Shown in pieces: positions 48,565 to 57,693 of a DNA stretch of 64,000 nt. The position numbers were made by a program, and so were the translations under genes. The stretch comes from Candidatus Hydrothermarchaeum profundi (lineage in GTDB: Archaea > Hydrothermarchaeota > Hydrothermarchaeia > Hydrothermarchaeales > Hydrothermarchaeaceae): positions 160,001 to 224,000 of the forward strand of contig MTMF02000009.1 of assembly GCA_002011125.2 (NCBI GenBank), given 5' to 3'. The number at the start of each line of letters is the position of its first letter. Position 1 is the first letter of the stretch. Under the pieces are notes generated by a model. That model saw only the letters and a program-made list of their open reading frames with translations. It was not told the origin of the DNA and made no database searches.

Positions 48565-51228
48565 ATGCAGTGGTATAAAAGAGATATCCCAGATTGTCTT
48601 AGGGCACTTAATACCAGCGTAAGAGGTCTTTCAAACGAGGAGGCGTATAGAAGACTAGCTGAATTTGGACCAAATCAACTCGAAGAAGTTAAGAAAACCT
48701 CTCCGATAGGAATTTTTATAAGGCAATTTAAAAACCTTTTAATAGCCATATTGCTAATCGCTGTAACGGCTTCTTTTATTATCGGAGAAACCCTGGACGC
48801 TATCGTGATATCGATTATAGTTTTTTTTGTTGCTATATTAGGATTTATCCAAGAATTCAGAGCTGAGAAAGCCCTTGACGCGCTAAAAGCATTAACAGCG
48901 CCTAAAGCCAGAGTACTGCGGGATGGGAGAATAATAGAGATATTAGCTAAAGAAGTTGTTCCGGGAGACATATTAGTTCTTGAAACTGGAGACAAGATTC
49001 CCGCAGATGCACGTTTAATCGAGGCTGTAGAGCTAAAAGTGGATGAAGCTCCGCTCACAGGCGAATCTGTTCCTGTAGAAAAAAATGTAGCTCCAATTGA
49101 TAAGGACGTGGCAATTGGCGACCAACGTAACATGGTTTTCTCAGCTACAACAATCATCTACGGCAGGGGAAAAGCGGTCGTAACTTCCACCGGAATGAAC
49201 AGCGAGTTCGGAAAGATTGCCAAGATGCTTCAAGAGATAGAGGAGCCAAAAACACCCTTGCAGGAGCGATTAGACTATGTTGGTAAATGGCTGGGAATTG
49301 GAGTAATTATTGTCGTAGCGATAGTGGCTTCTCTTGAAATATTCATCCGAGGAGAACCTCCCTTTGAAATGTTTATATGGAGTATTGCCCTAGCCGTGGC
49401 CGCTGTTCCTGAAGCCTTGCCCGGAGTAGTAACCGGGGCTCTCGCTATAGGTGTTCAGCGAATGTCAAAGAAAAATGCTATAGTGAGGAGATTGCCTGCT
49501 GTTGAAACATTAGGTGCAACTACTGTGATATGCTCTGATAAAACCGGCACATTGACTAAAAATGAGATGGTAGTAAGGGAACTATATGTAGACAGAAAAA
49601 CAATAAGAGTAACTGGCGAGGGATTTGAGCCGGAAGGTAGTTTTCTTAGAGACTCAAAAGAGGTAGAGCCCGATGATACTCTAAAACTGCTTTTAAGAAT
49701 CGGAGCGTTATGCAATAACTCAAACCTGATTAAGAAAGACGGTTATAAAATTGAAGGAGATCCAACAGAAGGTGCACTTTTAGTTTCTTCTGCTAAGGCA
49801 GGAATATTTAGAGAAAGAGAAGAAGAAAAGTTTCCACGGATATGGGAGCTACCTTTTTCCTCTGAAAGAAAGCTAATGACAACGATCCATAGGACCTCAG
49901 AAGGCAAAATAATCGCATATGTGAAAGGGGCTCCAGAAGCCATACTGAATCTGTCGAGCCATATTTATGAATCGGGGGATGTTAAAGCCTTAACTGAGAG
50001 GGCCAGATCTAGAATCTTAGAAAAAAATGAAGAAATGGCCTCTAGAGCTTTGAGAGTACTTGCAATGGCTTATAGGGAACTGCCTGAGGCCATAGAATAT
50101 TCACCAGAATCTGTAGAAAAAAATCTTGTATTTGTTGGACTCCAAGGCATGATTGACGCTCCTAGAGAAGAAGCGATAAAAGCTATAGAAGTAACCAAAA
50201 GTGCCGGCATCAAAACAATAATGATAACAGGGGACAACAAAACCACGGCCATCGCAGTAGCCAAAGAAATGGGCATACTTGATAATGGCAAAGTAATTAC
50301 AGGCGCCGAGCTTGAATCTATGAGTGATGATGAGCTAGATAGAAATATTAAAGACATCACGGTCTGTGCTAGGGTTTCCCCAAGTCATAAAATTAGAATT
50401 GTCCAAGCCCTAAAGAATAACGGGCATATCGTCGCTATGACCGGAGATGGAGTAAACGATGCTCCAGCTCTCAAAAAAGCTGATATAGGCATTGCTATGG
50501 GCATCACTGGCACGGATGTTACTAAAGAAGCCAGTGACATAGTATTAGTCGACGATAATTTTGCTACTATAATAGCTGCCATAGAAGAAGGCAGGGTTAT
50601 CTATAACAATATAAAGAAGTATATCCTCTTTTTACTTTCCTGCAATATAGGAGAAATATTAGCCATGTTCTTTGCAGGGCTACTTGATTGGCCTTTGCCA
50701 TTATTAGCAATACATATACTATATGTCAACCTTGCTACAGATGGATTCCCGGCCATAGCGTTAGGCGTCGATCCACCAGAGCCTGATGTGATGAGAAGGC
50801 CCCCCAGAGACCCCAAAGAAAGCTTATTCAAGAAAATTAAAGCTTCCATTGGTATTATGAGCATATATATTTCAATAGCAATACTTTTAGTCTTCTATTG
50901 GGCCTTACAAAGAACAAATTTAGATATCACTCGCACCATAGTCTTTGCATCGTTGATTATGATTGAACTATTTAATGCTTATAATTGTAGATCAATAGAA
51001 CACTCCATCTTTAAAATCGGGCCTCTAAAAAATAAATGGTTGAATATAGCTGTAATATGGGAATTTATACTATTAAATATCATTATCTTTGTAGCTTTTT
51101 TCAATCCTCTACTGCATACCGCCCCCATTTCTCTTACTCAATACGCAGTGGTTTTCTCCATAGGTTTCTCTATAATCTTTTTTATAGAACTCTGGAAGAA
51201 GGTTGTCCAGCATCAAGTACGAGCTTAA
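48565..51228 (+). CDS. P-type (IIA, Ca2+-like) cation-transporting ATPase
   Basis: TGES, VPEALP, DKTGT, KGAPE, GDGVNDAPALK, NLATDG. Confidence 0.95.
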   Translation: MQWYKRDIPDCLRALNTSVRGLSNEEAYRRLAEFGPNQLEEVKKTSPIGIFIRQFKNLLIAILLIAVTASFIIGETLDAIVISIIVFFVAILGFIQEFRAEKALDALKALTAPKARVLRDGRIIEILAKEVVPGDILVLETGDKIPADARLIEAVELKVDEAPLTGESVPVEKNVAPIDKDVAIGDQRNMVFSATTIIYGRGKAVVTSTGMNSEFGKIAKMLQEIEEPKTPLQERLDYVGKWLGIGVIIVVAIVASLEIFIRGEPPFEMFIWSIALAVAAVPEALPGVVTGALAIGVQRMSKKNAIVRRLPAVETLGATTVICSDKTGTLTKNEMVVRELYVDRKTIRVTGEGFEPEGSFLRDSKEVEPDDTLKLLLRIGALCNNSNLIKKDGYKIEGDPTEGALLVSSAKAGIFREREEEKFPRIWELPFSSERKLMTTIHRTSEGKIIAYVKGAPEAILNLSSHIYESGDVKALTERARSRILEKNEEMASRALRVLAMAYRELPEAIEYSPESVEKNLVFVGLQGMIDAPREEAIKAIEVTKSAGIKTIMITGDNKTTAIAVAKEMGILDNGKVITGAELESMSDDELDRNIKDITVCARVSPSHKIRIVQALKNNGHIVAMTGDGVNDAPALKKADIGIAMGITGTDVTKEASDIVLVDDNFATIIAAIEEGRVIYNNIKKYILFLLSCNIGEILAMFFAGLLDWPLPLLAIHILYVNLATDGFPAIALGVDPPEPDVMRRPPRDPKESLFKKIKASIGIMSIYISIAILLVFYWALQRTNLDITRTIVFASLIMIELFNAYNCRSIEHSIFKIGPLKNKWLNIAVIWEFILLNIIIFVAFFNPLLHTAPISLTQYAVVFSIGFSIIFFIELWKKVVQHQVRA

Positions 51229-51559
51229 TAGCTTTTACTTCTCCTTTAGGAGTAATTTTAAATTTTTCAACAAGATCACCTGTTTCTTCCTCAATTTCAT
51301 AAGCTACTAAAACTTCTCCCTTTTTACAAAGGAGGTCGAGGTCATCGAGTATAAGATGAAAAAGGGGGTGTTTTTTCTTTTCTGCATATTTAAACTTCAG
51401 GTGCTTAAGGCTTCTCGGGAGGTTAATACCAAAAATCTCGTCAACTCTTTTATCAATATTCTCTACCGCTCCCTTGATATCTTTGAAATGTAACTCTTTT
51501 TTAATTAGTAATACCAAAAGCCAAATATCTGGATTTGATAGCATAATGTTAATCCTCAA
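51182..51559 (-). CDS. Hypothetical protein, possibly winged helix
   Basis: LDDLDLL..KG...FKITPKG resembles a wHTH C-terminus. Confidence 0.5.
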   Translation of the reverse strand: MRINIMLSNPDIWLLVLLIKKELHFKDIKGAVENIDKRVDEIFGINLPRSLKHLKFKYAEKKKHPLFHLILDDLDLLCKKGEVLVAYEIEEETGDLVEKFKITPKGEVKAIKLVLDAGQPSSRVL

Positions 51560-51627
51560 AACTTAATTCTACTTAGGTAGAATTATTTGTATATTCCCTA
51601 ATGGGAAGCGGGTTATATACATTTATA

Positions 51628-52434
51628 TTACTTTTTTACAACTAAAACAGATACAGGAGAATTTTTCACAATATGCGAGGAAAGACTGCCAGTAAGTTCC
51701 GCCAAGATGCCACGAATACCTGAATCCCCAAGAACTATTAAGTCAAAGTCTTTTTCTTGAGCTTCTAATACGATTTCCTCCTCTGGCACTCCCTCTCTAA
51801 AAACTGAACACGCCTCCAAGCCTTCTTTAAATGCTCTTTCTACTAACTTATCTGCGATTGTCGCTTTATCCTTATATATTGACTTCAACTCATCACTTGC
51901 TCTTTCACTTCTAATAGGATACAAAAAAGGCTCTGGAACCACATATAAAAACTCTAAGGGACTTCTTGTAGCTTTAGCAAACTTAATAGCGTTTGAAACG
52001 ACATATTCTGAATATTTCGGCAGATTAATACATGCCAAGATTTTTGATATCTTATTTCCTCTAAACACCAGCGTAGAAGTATTTATATTTTCAATTATAT
52101 GCTCAGCATCCCCTCCTAATAACTTTTCCAACGCTCCAGTTAACCCATGGGACCCTATTATCAAATAATCGAAATTTTTAGATTCTTCGAGTATCTCTTT
52201 TGCCGGATTTCCTCTTCTAACCCTTTTATCACATTTAAGCCCATATTTACTAAGAATCTGATCTACTCTCTCCTGAACTTGGCGAATATCGATCTTCCTT
52301 TTAGGATCGTCTACCGTCAGTAAAGTTATGCTAGCATCCAAACCTTTAGCTAACCTCGCGGTGCCTTCAATGGCATTATATGACTCCTCAGATCCTCCGC
52401 TAGCATAAAGAATTTTAGGTTTATTTACTGCCAT
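51628..52434 (-). CDS. Universal stress protein (two domains)
   Basis: GNPAKEIL...IIGSHG; GVPEEEI...GSLS..IVKNSPVSVLVV. Confidence 0.92.
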   Translation of the reverse strand: MAVNKPKILYASGGSEESYNAIEGTARLAKGLDASITLLTVDDPKRKIDIRQVQERVDQILSKYGLKCDKRVRRGNPAKEILEESKNFDYLIIGSHGLTGALEKLLGGDAEHIIENINTSTLVFRGNKISKILACINLPKYSEYVVSNAIKFAKATRSPLEFLYVVPEPFLYPIRSERASDELKSIYKDKATIADKLVERAFKEGLEACSVFREGVPEEEIVLEAQEKDFDLIVLGDSGIRGILAELTGSLSSHIVKNSPVSVLVVKK

Positions 52435-53431
52435 ATTTCTTCTCCCACATGACTCCTCTGATTAAAATATAAATTATGTTAAGACTCATTAGGGCAGCTG
52501 CAGAGATAATAATATATCCCGCCGCCAATCCCACACTTACGTATCCAAATGTTATTGATACTTGTTTTAAAACAACTGATATCGCTCCTGCAAATATTGT
52601 TAAAGCGAAATACAATCTTATCTTCATTCCTCTAACATACCTAGTTGCCACTGTGCCTATTTGAGCCCCGATAGAAGCTCCCACCAGCATTACCATAGCT
52701 GCAACGACATCCACCCGTCCTTCAATTGCATATAGTAATGTACCAATACCAGACGAAAATATTATCTCAAATAAGTCAGTACCTATTGCCACCGTAGTAG
52801 GAACGCCTAAAGTATAGATTAACGCAGGCATCCTTACAAATCCGCCGCCTACACCTAAGAAACCTGCGAGAAAACCTGTTATAAATCCAATAATAAAGAT
52901 CGCCCAAATCGATATCGATTTTATCTTTGAAGTTGGAAGTGAAATTTTTGGTGGGAGATTTATTGATTGCACCGCACTAGAAAAACTTGTCCCTATTTTT
53001 TCCGCTACACCATCATCTAATTCCCGGTTAAATCTAAAGTAATCAAACACCATATAAAAACCAACACCGCCTAGTAGGAGAATATATATACCCCTAACTA
53101 CCCCTCCCACAGCCCCGATGTCTTCAAGGTAGAGAACTAACTCTTTACCGACCTCGACCCCTAGAGCTGTGCCAATAAACATTAAAACTCCAAGCCTCAA
53201 ATCAACGTTTCCCATTTTTCTATGCTTTAAGGTAGCTATAATAGACTTCCCCATCACATGAGCTAGGTCAGTACCTATAGCATACGCCATTGGAAATCCA
53301 AAGATATTAAGAGCCGGAGTAACTATAAAAGCGCCTCCTATACCAAAGAACCCTCCCAGGACCCCTACACAAAAACCTATTATTATAAGAACAAAAGAAC
53401 TTATTTCAACTCCTGCTATTGGAAGATACAT
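52421..53431 (-). CDS. TauE/SafE family sulfite/anion exporter
   Basis: MYLPIAG start, GFFGIGGAFIVTP, GFLGVGGGF, AIGTDLF. Confidence 0.92.
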   Translation of the reverse strand: MYLPIAGVEISSFVLIIIGFCVGVLGGFFGIGGAFIVTPALNIFGFPMAYAIGTDLAHVMGKSIIATLKHRKMGNVDLRLGVLMFIGTALGVEVGKELVLYLEDIGAVGGVVRGIYILLLGGVGFYMVFDYFRFNRELDDGVAEKIGTSFSSAVQSINLPPKISLPTSKIKSISIWAIFIIGFITGFLAGFLGVGGGFVRMPALIYTLGVPTTVAIGTDLFEIIFSSGIGTLLYAIEGRVDVVAAMVMLVGASIGAQIGTVATRYVRGMKIRLYFALTIFAGAISVVLKQVSITFGYVSVGLAAGYIIISAAALMSLNIIYILIRGVMWEKKYGSK

Positions 53432-53432
53432 T

Positions 53433-53609
53433 TTAAGAAAACTCCTCTTTCGCTTCAATTCCAAACAAACTAAATATAAAATCAGCTAGTATGCCCAGGA
53501 TTATTCCCTCAAGAATAATAAGGATGATAGATAAAATAGCGAAAGTGTGAGGGTCTGTTTGACTAATCTTACTCAAATATGACAAAGCCTCGGATAGACC
53601 TACTACCAT
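53433..53609 (-). CDS. 58-aa membrane protein (DVU0150-like partner of TauE), not in the ORF track
   Basis: MVVGLSEALSYLSKISQTDPHTFAILSIILIILEGIILGILADFIFSLFGIEAKEEFS; stop 1 nt before the TauE start. Confidence 0.7.
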   Translation of the reverse strand: MVVGLSEALSYLSKISQTDPHTFAILSIILIILEGIILGILADFIFSLFGIEAKEEFS

Positions 53610-53739
53610 ACAAAAAAGGTCTCCCTAACGTAGGATTGTATAATAAATAACCGGGAGGCTGTAGATTGCCCCCCACCTGCTCACAACTACCCTGACCAAC
53701 TCCTTATGGAGCTTTTAGTGACGGCCTTGACATCAATTT

Positions 53740-54009
53740 TTACTTTGCCAAAGTAATTTCCATTGCTGAAACATTCATCGTTGTGCCGTCTTCTCTTGTC
53801 AGCTCCTCAGTGCTTATATTTATGTTCTTTATTTTCACACCTGGCATGAACCTATTTCTAACGATCTCTGCTGCATCTACAGCGCGGCTTATTGCTTGTC
53901 CTCTAGATTTGAGGACAACTTCACCTGCTCTGCTTAGCTGCGTTGTTACAGCCAGGACATAGTTCATAACGGGTTTATTGCCTACGTATACCACATTGTC
54001 TTCTGCCAT
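53740..54009 (-). CDS. albA: DNA/RNA-binding protein Alba (second copy)
   Basis: [27 protein letters not shown]. Confidence 0.95.
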   Translation of the reverse strand: MAEDNVVYVGNKPVMNYVLAVTTQLSRAGEVVLKSRGQAISRAVDAAEIVRNRFMPGVKIKNINISTEELTREDGTTMNVSAMEITLAK

Positions 54010-54083
54010 GCTGACTACCTCCTTCGCTTAACTTGGAATACCTCTCGCATTACATTTCAAATGTTTATATTATAAAACATTTT

Positions 54084-54299
54084 CTATTGTGTGGATATGA
54101 GCATTATTTTACTTCCTTTTATTATCTTATTTCCAGCTCTAGATCCTTCCTCGCCAGTATAAGTCTCCAGGGTTAAATTTATATAATCATCATAATTCCT
54201 CAGAATCCCCTTTACCTCCTCACCATTTTTCAGTATCACTAACACAGGCTTATTTAAGGAAAATTTAAGTAGGTCATCAGGTTTAATTACCATCGTCAT
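54084..54299 (-). CDS. Sm-like (Lsm/SmAP) protein
   Basis: P...L...LNKPVLV.LKNG....G.L..YD...NL.L, IIKGS. Confidence 0.85.
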   Translation of the reverse strand: MTMVIKPDDLLKFSLNKPVLVILKNGEEVKGILRNYDDYINLTLETYTGEEGSRAGNKIIKGSKIMLISTQ

Positions 54300-54341
54300 T
54301 ATTTATATACTTCATATATAAAAAGTATTGGAGGTTTTGGC

Positions 54342-54881
54342 ATGGCTAAAGTAGAAATTGAAAATGTAGTAGCTAGTACTTCGCTCGGACAAAAATTTGA
54401 TCTCGGATTAATCACAGTAGCCCTCGATAATGTTGAGTATGAGCCGGAGCAGTTTCCCGGGCTCGTATATCATTTAGATGAACCAAAGGCCGCCGCATTA
54501 ATTTTTGGGTCAGGCAAAATAGTATGCACTGGAGCAAAAAGTATTGAAGAAGCAAAATTGGCGATTGACAGAATCGTTGAAAGAATTAGAGAAGCGGGAA
54601 TAGAAATTAATAAAAAGCCAGAAGTAATCGTTCAAAATGTAGTGGCTACTGCAAATTTAAATACGGAACTAAACTTAGATGCCATAGCTATCGGCTTGGA
54701 TAATACAGAATATGAGCCGGAGCAGTTTCCCGGGCTCGTATATCGGATGCAAGACCCAAAAGTTGTTCTCCTATTATTCGGGTCAGGCAAAATAGTATGC
54801 ACTGGAGCAAAAAGCGTGGAGGATGCTGAAAGAGCGGCTGAAAATGTCGCTAAAAAACTTAAGGAGTTAGGATTGTTTTGA
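54342..54881 (+). CDS. tbp: TATA-box binding protein
   Basis: Two repeats of NVVA...EYEPEQFPGLVY...FGSGKIVCTGAKS. Confidence 0.98.
   Translation: MAKVEIENVVASTSLGQKFDLGLITVALDNVEYEPEQFPGLVYHLDEPKAAALIFGSGKIVCTGAKSIEEAKLAIDRIVERIREAGIEINKKPEVIVQNVVATANLNTELNLDAIAIGLDNTEYEPEQFPGLVYRMQDPKVVLLLFGSGKIVCTGAKSVEDAERAAENVAKKLKELGLF
54438..54814 (+). repeat. Two identical DNA blocks shared by the tbp halves (34 bp and 35 bp, 273-bp offset)
   Basis: 54438-54471 = 54711-54744; 54507-54541 = 54780-54814. Confidence 0.9.
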
Positions 54882-55498
54882 ATTACGAGGAATTACTAGA
54901 AAAAGCTTACTCAGAATTACCAGATGTAGTGAAGGAGCACCATAGATTTGAGAAGCCCGAGATATATTCTATAATACAGGGGAAGGCCACGGTAGTCCAG
55001 AACCTAGGAGAAGTTTCAAAAGCAATTAATAGAGACCCAGATATGCTTGCCAAATTCCTCCTTAAGGAATTCGGTACCTCAGGTACCCATGACGGCCAGC
55101 ATTTGGTAATGAAAGGGCAATTCCGGAAGGAGCAGATACAGGAGCGCTTCGAGGCATTCTTAAATGAGTATGTCTTATGCGGAGAATGTGGAAGACCTGA
55201 CACCAAAATCGCTAGAGAAGGAAGAGTGAGTTTCCTTAAATGCGAAGCCTGCGGCGCGAGGCAGCCTTTAGGAGTATTAAAGACTACCCCCAAAAGGGAA
55301 GAGAATAAAAATCCTGAAGTCGGGGACGAAATAACGATAGAGATTACACGGACAGGGAAAAAAGGCGATGGAATGGCAAGAATGGGAGGGTATATCGTTT
55401 TTGTTTCAGGCGCAAAGATCGGTCAGAAAGTAAAGGCAAGGATCACAGGAGTTCAAGGTAGCACTCTATTTGCTAGCGTAATAGAAGTCCTTAATTAA
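54878..55498 (+). CDS. eif2b: Translation initiation factor aIF2 beta with C-terminal TRAM domain
   Basis: YEELL..AY, CGECGRPDT, CEACGA, GKKGDGMAR..G..VFV.GA. Confidence 0.95.
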   Translation: MNYEELLEKAYSELPDVVKEHHRFEKPEIYSIIQGKATVVQNLGEVSKAINRDPDMLAKFLLKEFGTSGTHDGQHLVMKGQFRKEQIQERFEAFLNEYVLCGECGRPDTKIAREGRVSFLKCEACGARQPLGVLKTTPKREENKNPEVGDEITIEITRTGKKGDGMARMGGYIVFVSGAKIGQKVKARITGVQGSTLFASVIEVLN

Positions 55499-55516
55499 AA
55501 TATTCTAAGTGTTGTT

Positions 55517-55570
55517 AAGGAGAGGAGAGTGCTATGGGGGAAAATAGCACCCGGACCCCATAGCTATAGA
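55517..55570 (-). ncRNA. Candidate structured RNA with alternative hairpins and C-rich tracts
   Basis: Minus strand GCTATGGGGTCCGGGTGCTATTTTCCCCCATAGCACTCTCCTCTCC in the gap between convergent eif2b and metG. Confidence 0.4.
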
Positions 55571-55628
55571 AGGGCATAAAAACTATTAGTATGTGATTTT
55601 TTATTTTTTACTTAAAAAAAAATTTAAT

Positions 55629-57632
55629 TTATTCTACCTTGCTTCCACTCTCGATCTCGCTGTCCGTGGTTATCAAGGAAATCTTTTTAGGTGTAACTGC
55701 CGCAAGGAGCATCGCCTCGCTTTTTATACCCTTAATGATGCGGGGTTTCATATTGTTGACTATCACTATAGATTTTCCGTTAAGCTCTTCTGGAGTGTAG
55801 TGCTTACCGATGCCCGCTATAAGTTGTTTTTCTCTACCCCCTACGTCTACTTTAATCTTTACTAAATCAGAATTTTTAATCCTCTCAGCCTTAATTATTT
55901 TAGCGGTTCTTAAATCAAGCCTAGAAAAATACTGATAGTCAACTTCCTCAAAGAGTTTGTCAAGTTCTGACACCTGTGATGTTACTTTTTTAAGGTCCTC
56001 AATATCTCTATCCCCCAGTTTTGGGAATAAAGGTTTTGGCTCATTAATCTTATGCCCAGCATTTATCCTCCGCCCTATGGATCTCATATCTCCTAATTCA
56101 ACATTCAATTGTCGACATATCTCGTGTGAACTCTTCGGAAGATAAGGACTTAAGAGCACCGCTAAATCATAGCAGAGGTTTGCACAAACATGTAATGTAG
56201 TTGCTGCTTTTTTTCTATTTTCTTTTACGGCTTTCCAGGGTTCATTAGCCTGAAAATATTTATTTCCCCTATCCGATAATTCCAATACCTTCCTCAAACC
56301 GTCACGCAAATGTATATCCCATATTAGGTCGCTTATAACTTCAGCATATTCCTTGCCTAAATCTATCACTTTCTCATCTTTATCTTCTAATTCCCCTTCG
56401 GGAACTTTACTCTCAAAATTCCTCTGGATAAAACTAAATGTGCGATAAATGAAATTTCCTAGATTTCCTACTAGCTCTTTATTAACCCTCTCTTGGAATT
56501 CTTTCCATTTCCATTCTGTATCATTAGTTTCAGGTATAAGAAGAGTTAGATAGAAGCGCCAGATATCTGAACTAAGACCCGCCTTAGGCAGATTTTCGCA
56601 GAAAACTCCCCAGCCTTTAGACTTAGAAATCTTGTCTCCTTCATAATTCAAATATTGTAATCCCGCAACCCTATAAGGTAGAGTGTATTCCCCACATGCT
56701 AAAAGCATTCCAGGCCAGAATATCGTATGGAATGGGATATTATCTTTTCCAATAAAATGGAAAATAAAAGAATCATCCTCCTGCCAAAATCTCCTCCATT
56801 CCTCTGGCTTTCCAATTTTCTTAGCCCATTCTTTAGTTGATGAGATATATCCTATCGGGGCATCAAACCACACATAAAATACCTTATCTTCATATCCTTT
56901 TAGAGGTATTTTTACCCCCCATTTTATATCCCTAGTAATACATCTGGGTTTCAATCCTTCTCCCATCCACCCCATTGCCATATTAACTACTTGACTTGAC
57001 CATAATTTCTCTTTACTTTTTATCCACTCCCTGAGTTGCGGTTCGAGTTTATCAAGGTTGAGAAAGAGATGCTTAACTTTCCTAAAAACAGGCCGAGTGC
57101 CACATATCGCACATCTCGGTTCATTTAACTCATCTGGATTTAATAATGTAGAACATCTCTCACATTGGTCTCCTCTGGCATTTTCATATCCACATTTAGG
57201 GCAAACTCCCTCAACATACCTATCTGGTAAAATTCTTTTATCTTTTTCACAATAGGGAAGCTTTAATACTCCCTCACTAATGTACCCATTTTCATAAATC
57301 TTTTTGAAAAATTCTTGAGTCGTTTTATGATGCTCAGGAAGAGAGGTCCTCGAAAAGTTGTCATAGGAGATATCAAGCCAATCGTAAATCCCCTTATGGA
57401 TCTCATAATACTTGTCGCATAATTCTTTTGGCGTCACTCCTGCCTTTTCCGCGGACACCTCGATAGGAGTTCCATGCTCGTCGCTCCCACCTATAAATAC
57501 GGTCTCGTACCCAGCTAACCTACAAAACCTAGCAAAAATGTCGCTCGGCAGATGTGATCCTGCTATGTTCCCAATATGCGGAACATTATTTACATAGGGT
57601 AATGCACAGGTTACTAGTATTTTCTTTTTCAT
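55629..57632 (-). CDS. metG: Methionine--tRNA ligase with C-terminal tRNA-binding domain
   Basis: ALPYVNNVPHIGN (HIGH), YVWFDAPIGY, KISKS. Confidence 0.98.
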   Translation of the reverse strand: MKKKILVTCALPYVNNVPHIGNIAGSHLPSDIFARFCRLAGYETVFIGGSDEHGTPIEVSAEKAGVTPKELCDKYYEIHKGIYDWLDISYDNFSRTSLPEHHKTTQEFFKKIYENGYISEGVLKLPYCEKDKRILPDRYVEGVCPKCGYENARGDQCERCSTLLNPDELNEPRCAICGTRPVFRKVKHLFLNLDKLEPQLREWIKSKEKLWSSQVVNMAMGWMGEGLKPRCITRDIKWGVKIPLKGYEDKVFYVWFDAPIGYISSTKEWAKKIGKPEEWRRFWQEDDSFIFHFIGKDNIPFHTIFWPGMLLACGEYTLPYRVAGLQYLNYEGDKISKSKGWGVFCENLPKAGLSSDIWRFYLTLLIPETNDTEWKWKEFQERVNKELVGNLGNFIYRTFSFIQRNFESKVPEGELEDKDEKVIDLGKEYAEVISDLIWDIHLRDGLRKVLELSDRGNKYFQANEPWKAVKENRKKAATTLHVCANLCYDLAVLLSPYLPKSSHEICRQLNVELGDMRSIGRRINAGHKINEPKPLFPKLGDRDIEDLKKVTSQVSELDKLFEEVDYQYFSRLDLRTAKIIKAERIKNSDLVKIKVDVGGREKQLIAGIGKHYTPEELNGKSIVIVNNMKPRIIKGIKSEAMLLAAVTPKKISLITTDSEIESGSKVE

Positions 57633-57693
57633 ACGCCCGCCATATTAGGTTAAGAAAATATATAAATTCGATGCTCCTTGTTTGCTTAATTAG

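Noticed and set aside
18625-54009. Two Alba paralogs as a novelty
   Set aside because: Two Alba genes are common in archaea
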